Below the pieces are notes generated by a model, which worked only from the letters and a program-made list of their open reading frames with translations, ran no database searches and was not told the origin of the DNA. A program made the translations under genes and the position numbers. A stretch of 64,000 nucleotides of DNA from Psammoneis japonica (Eukaryota): assembly GCA_008632985.1 (NCBI GenBank), contig QPGO01000048.1, positions 310,001 to 374,000 of the forward strand. The letters are read 5' to 3'. Below are positions 61,601-64,000 of the stretch, in pieces (positions within the stretch are counted from its first letter, which is position 1; the number at the start of each line of letters is the position of its first letter).

Positions 61601-63904
61601 GCCAGTGCGGTCATCTCTCGTCATCTCCAGCACATCTTGAGGCCTGTCATTGCTTGGGTGCACTCCATCCACCCCGGGACGAAACTTGGTGGACTCTGGC
61701 CGCTCGTCGGATGTGGCATCTTCTGGAGGGCTGGGGTGAAACGCAGAGATGAGAAAATCATCAAAGGCGACAACCACGTCTTGTGCCTCCTTTCCATCTC
61801 TGACAGCTTGCAGCATCTGTTCAAAAGAAAGCTCCTTGTCATCTTTGCATTCAAACTCCTCTTCATGTGTGTCCAGTTCACGATCCTCCTTGGCAAAATC
61901 GTCATCCTCATCCAGTGGACCTTGTTGGCACAGTTTCAAAGCAGCCAATCTTCCTTCCAAAATAACCTGTGACAGGTCTGTCAGCCCCGGGTCAGCCTCC
62001 AGTTGCAAACATCCATGAACATGAGCGGTGCCGCGGGCTTGGCATTTGATCCAAAACCAAGTCCAGCTTGTTTTCATCCCATTCTTTCCAAAGAAGCTCT
62101 TTGTCATCAAATTGACCCGTTCTTGAAAGAAGGCGTCAACAATGTGAGGGTCATCTAAGACAGCCTTGCGACAACAGGCGGCTTTCTCTTCTTCTGAAAA
62201 CTCTTCACAGCCAGAGTTGCAAATCAACAAGGCGCGAAGGTCCGCCCAGTGGTTGTCGGTGGCTGAAAAAGCAAACCATGATGCAGGCATTCCGCACTGG
62301 TCTGTCAGAGCCTCGAGCTCCTTCTTCTTCTTGTAGAAATGCGAATCGCTGCCTGGGATGTTTGCGTTGAACTTTTGCATGTTGGAAACAAGTTCTTTGA
62401 AGCGCGGCCCATTCTCTTGCACTGCATGCTTCAGCTCTTCCTCGGTGAGCTGTGCGTCTTCTGGGCACTTTCGCAGGTGTGCTTTCTTTTGATCCTGGTG
62501 ACGGTGCCGAGTGGCAGCATTCTCGGCCCAATGCATGCACCGATTGTGGCATGCAAACGGACACACCCACTCTCCCTCCTTGTCATCAAAATGGGCATGC
62601 TGCAGCAAGTGCTTGTTTGCCTCCGCCATGGCAACATTGATGCGGCGATCGTCACACGTGACATCCCCGTTGCCGTGCGGGAAGAGAGCAGGAAAGGCTG
62701 GGCTTTGAAGCCAAGGAAAGGTGCAGTCATTGATGGGCTGGCCGTTGTTTTCAATCTCTTGGACGACGGAAGCAGGATCAAATCGATCGTGGAGAGTGCT
62801 AGAAATTTCGGCGCGCTGCTGACCTGGATGAGGGCCAGATGGCAGACACCCAGATGCGACATCCTCACCCTCCTGTCCGCTTGCCCCGCCTTGTTCTGGA
62901 CCACTTGCAGCAGCATCTTGGTCTTCACTTGCATTGCCTGCTGGCTCACTCTCATCTGCAATTGATGACATAGAATCCGCAACTGATCCATCCTGTGGGA
63001 GCAACAAAAGATTGTCCAGGTTGATGTCGATGTCACAACAGCCTGGATGATTTTCCTTCAGCCAGACAAGCCATTCTGCAACATTGTCGCGGCGAACCTG
63101 AAAGTCTTTGCATCCATTTGGTGTCCTTTGGTTTGGCTTTCGAAGGACAAAAACTGGCAAGTCGGAAACCTTGAGTGGAAGGCTCGCAATGACTTCGTTC
63201 ACATCCTTTTCAAGATTCACGACGGATCCTTTGCACCCGACTTGCCCGGACTGAAGGCAACAGCACTTCATGACAGTGTGAGCACAAGCAATGAGCATCT
63301 CTTCAACCTCAGATGGCTCGGGCAGGTGTGCAGGACGTCCCTTGGTGCAGACATCCATGTCATTTGCTGCAGAGAAACAACTCAAGCCATGCTCCTTGAC
63401 ATCCTTGGAACAAGCAAGGCACTGCTGCGGGTCGGACTCATTCATGTTCAAGATGAACCAGTGCTTCTTGCAAGTGGCACACCACATCATTTCTGTCTTT
63501 GAAATTCCGTCCACAAATTCATCTTGACAAGCTTTCATCTGTGGACCAGTCAAACAAGAGTGAGAACGATTGAAGAGGAAAGTGACGACAATCAACATCG
63601 TGTCTCTTGCATCGGAGTGGTCTTCTAGATTGACACCTGGATGCTGGCCGTCCCTGCAAGCTTCAAAACATTCAACAAGAGAAGAGGGTGGAACTGGAGG
63701 GTCATCAGAAGAGGACGAAGTAGATGACGATGACGAGGAGGAAGACAACGACAAGGACGAGGAAGGGTCATTGTCCATCGATTGCCTTTTTCGTCTGTTT
63801 GCTTGTTTCATTGCTTGGCGGTTTTGCAGCCTTGCTTCTGCCATTGACATTCCTTTGAAAAATCTGGCTTCTGCATTTGATTGGCGTTGTCGAGCCCTTG
63901 CCAT
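58620..63904 (-). pseudogene. Helitron Rep(HUH)-PIF1 helicase, mutationally inactivated; intron 61119-61022
   Basis: AFPALFPHG.GD, F..SA.D.HW, 'CQARGTAHVHG' (HUH) and 'HMTKH' (cf. YxxKY). PIF1 motifs GMGGAGKS, DEFSM, FGG...GDPGQLPP, GLCNGA.G, KAQGQT and AFSR. Stop at 60459; frameshifts near 60260 and 58930. Confidence 0.93.
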
Positions 63905-64000
63905 TTCTTGCCATTCTTGAGTCGACAGGTGATCTCGTGCTCGTGCTTGAGATTGCTCCTTCCTTCCATTCGCAACTCTGTGATTGTTGGTGGAGGAATC

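Larger units (their letters stand above)
56670..64000 (-). mobile_element. Helitron (rolling-circle transposon). 5' part extends beyond the window; 3' end approximate
   Basis: Rep-helicase coding remnant plus a TpA-depleted 3' region. Confidence 0.85.

Noticed and set aside
58620..63904. Alternative genetic code or naturally Tyr-free Helitron protein
   Set aside because: Host genes use TAY normally, TpA is lost in all codon positions and in non-coding DNA, and the ORF also has a stop and frameshifts.

Overview
Eukaryotic nuclear DNA, most likely from a diatom (inferred from compact genes with ~80-100 bp GT-AG introns, a bipartite plastid-type leader, and a Plavaka-type transposon). Gene-rich blocks at 1-9 kb and 33-52 kb carry Rab6, atlastin, an ABHD hydrolase, SMPD4-like, BRAP-like, lipase-3-like, SLC43-type MFS, HMG-box, MATE, DUF1995 and several broken genes. 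They alternate with transposon blocks: a TIR element plus its MITE (9.1-12.0 kb), a ~19 kb decayed Plavaka-type element ending in an assembly gap, several MITEs, and a Helitron (57-64 kb). The main observation is a repeat-restricted TpA->TpG/CpA hypermutation signature, the opposite direction to fungal RIP. TpA is almost absent inside four islands. Conserved Tyr codons, including both Helitron catalytic tyrosines, read as His or Cys. Surviving TpAs sit mostly in TARR/YYTA contexts, element ends and small MITEs are spared, and CpG loss is a separate layer strongest in the core of the large element. Non-coding DNA near genes shows the opposite trend, with recurrent TACCGGTA palindromes and TAG/CTAG tracts. 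All counts come from manual reading, and no database or literature search was possible.
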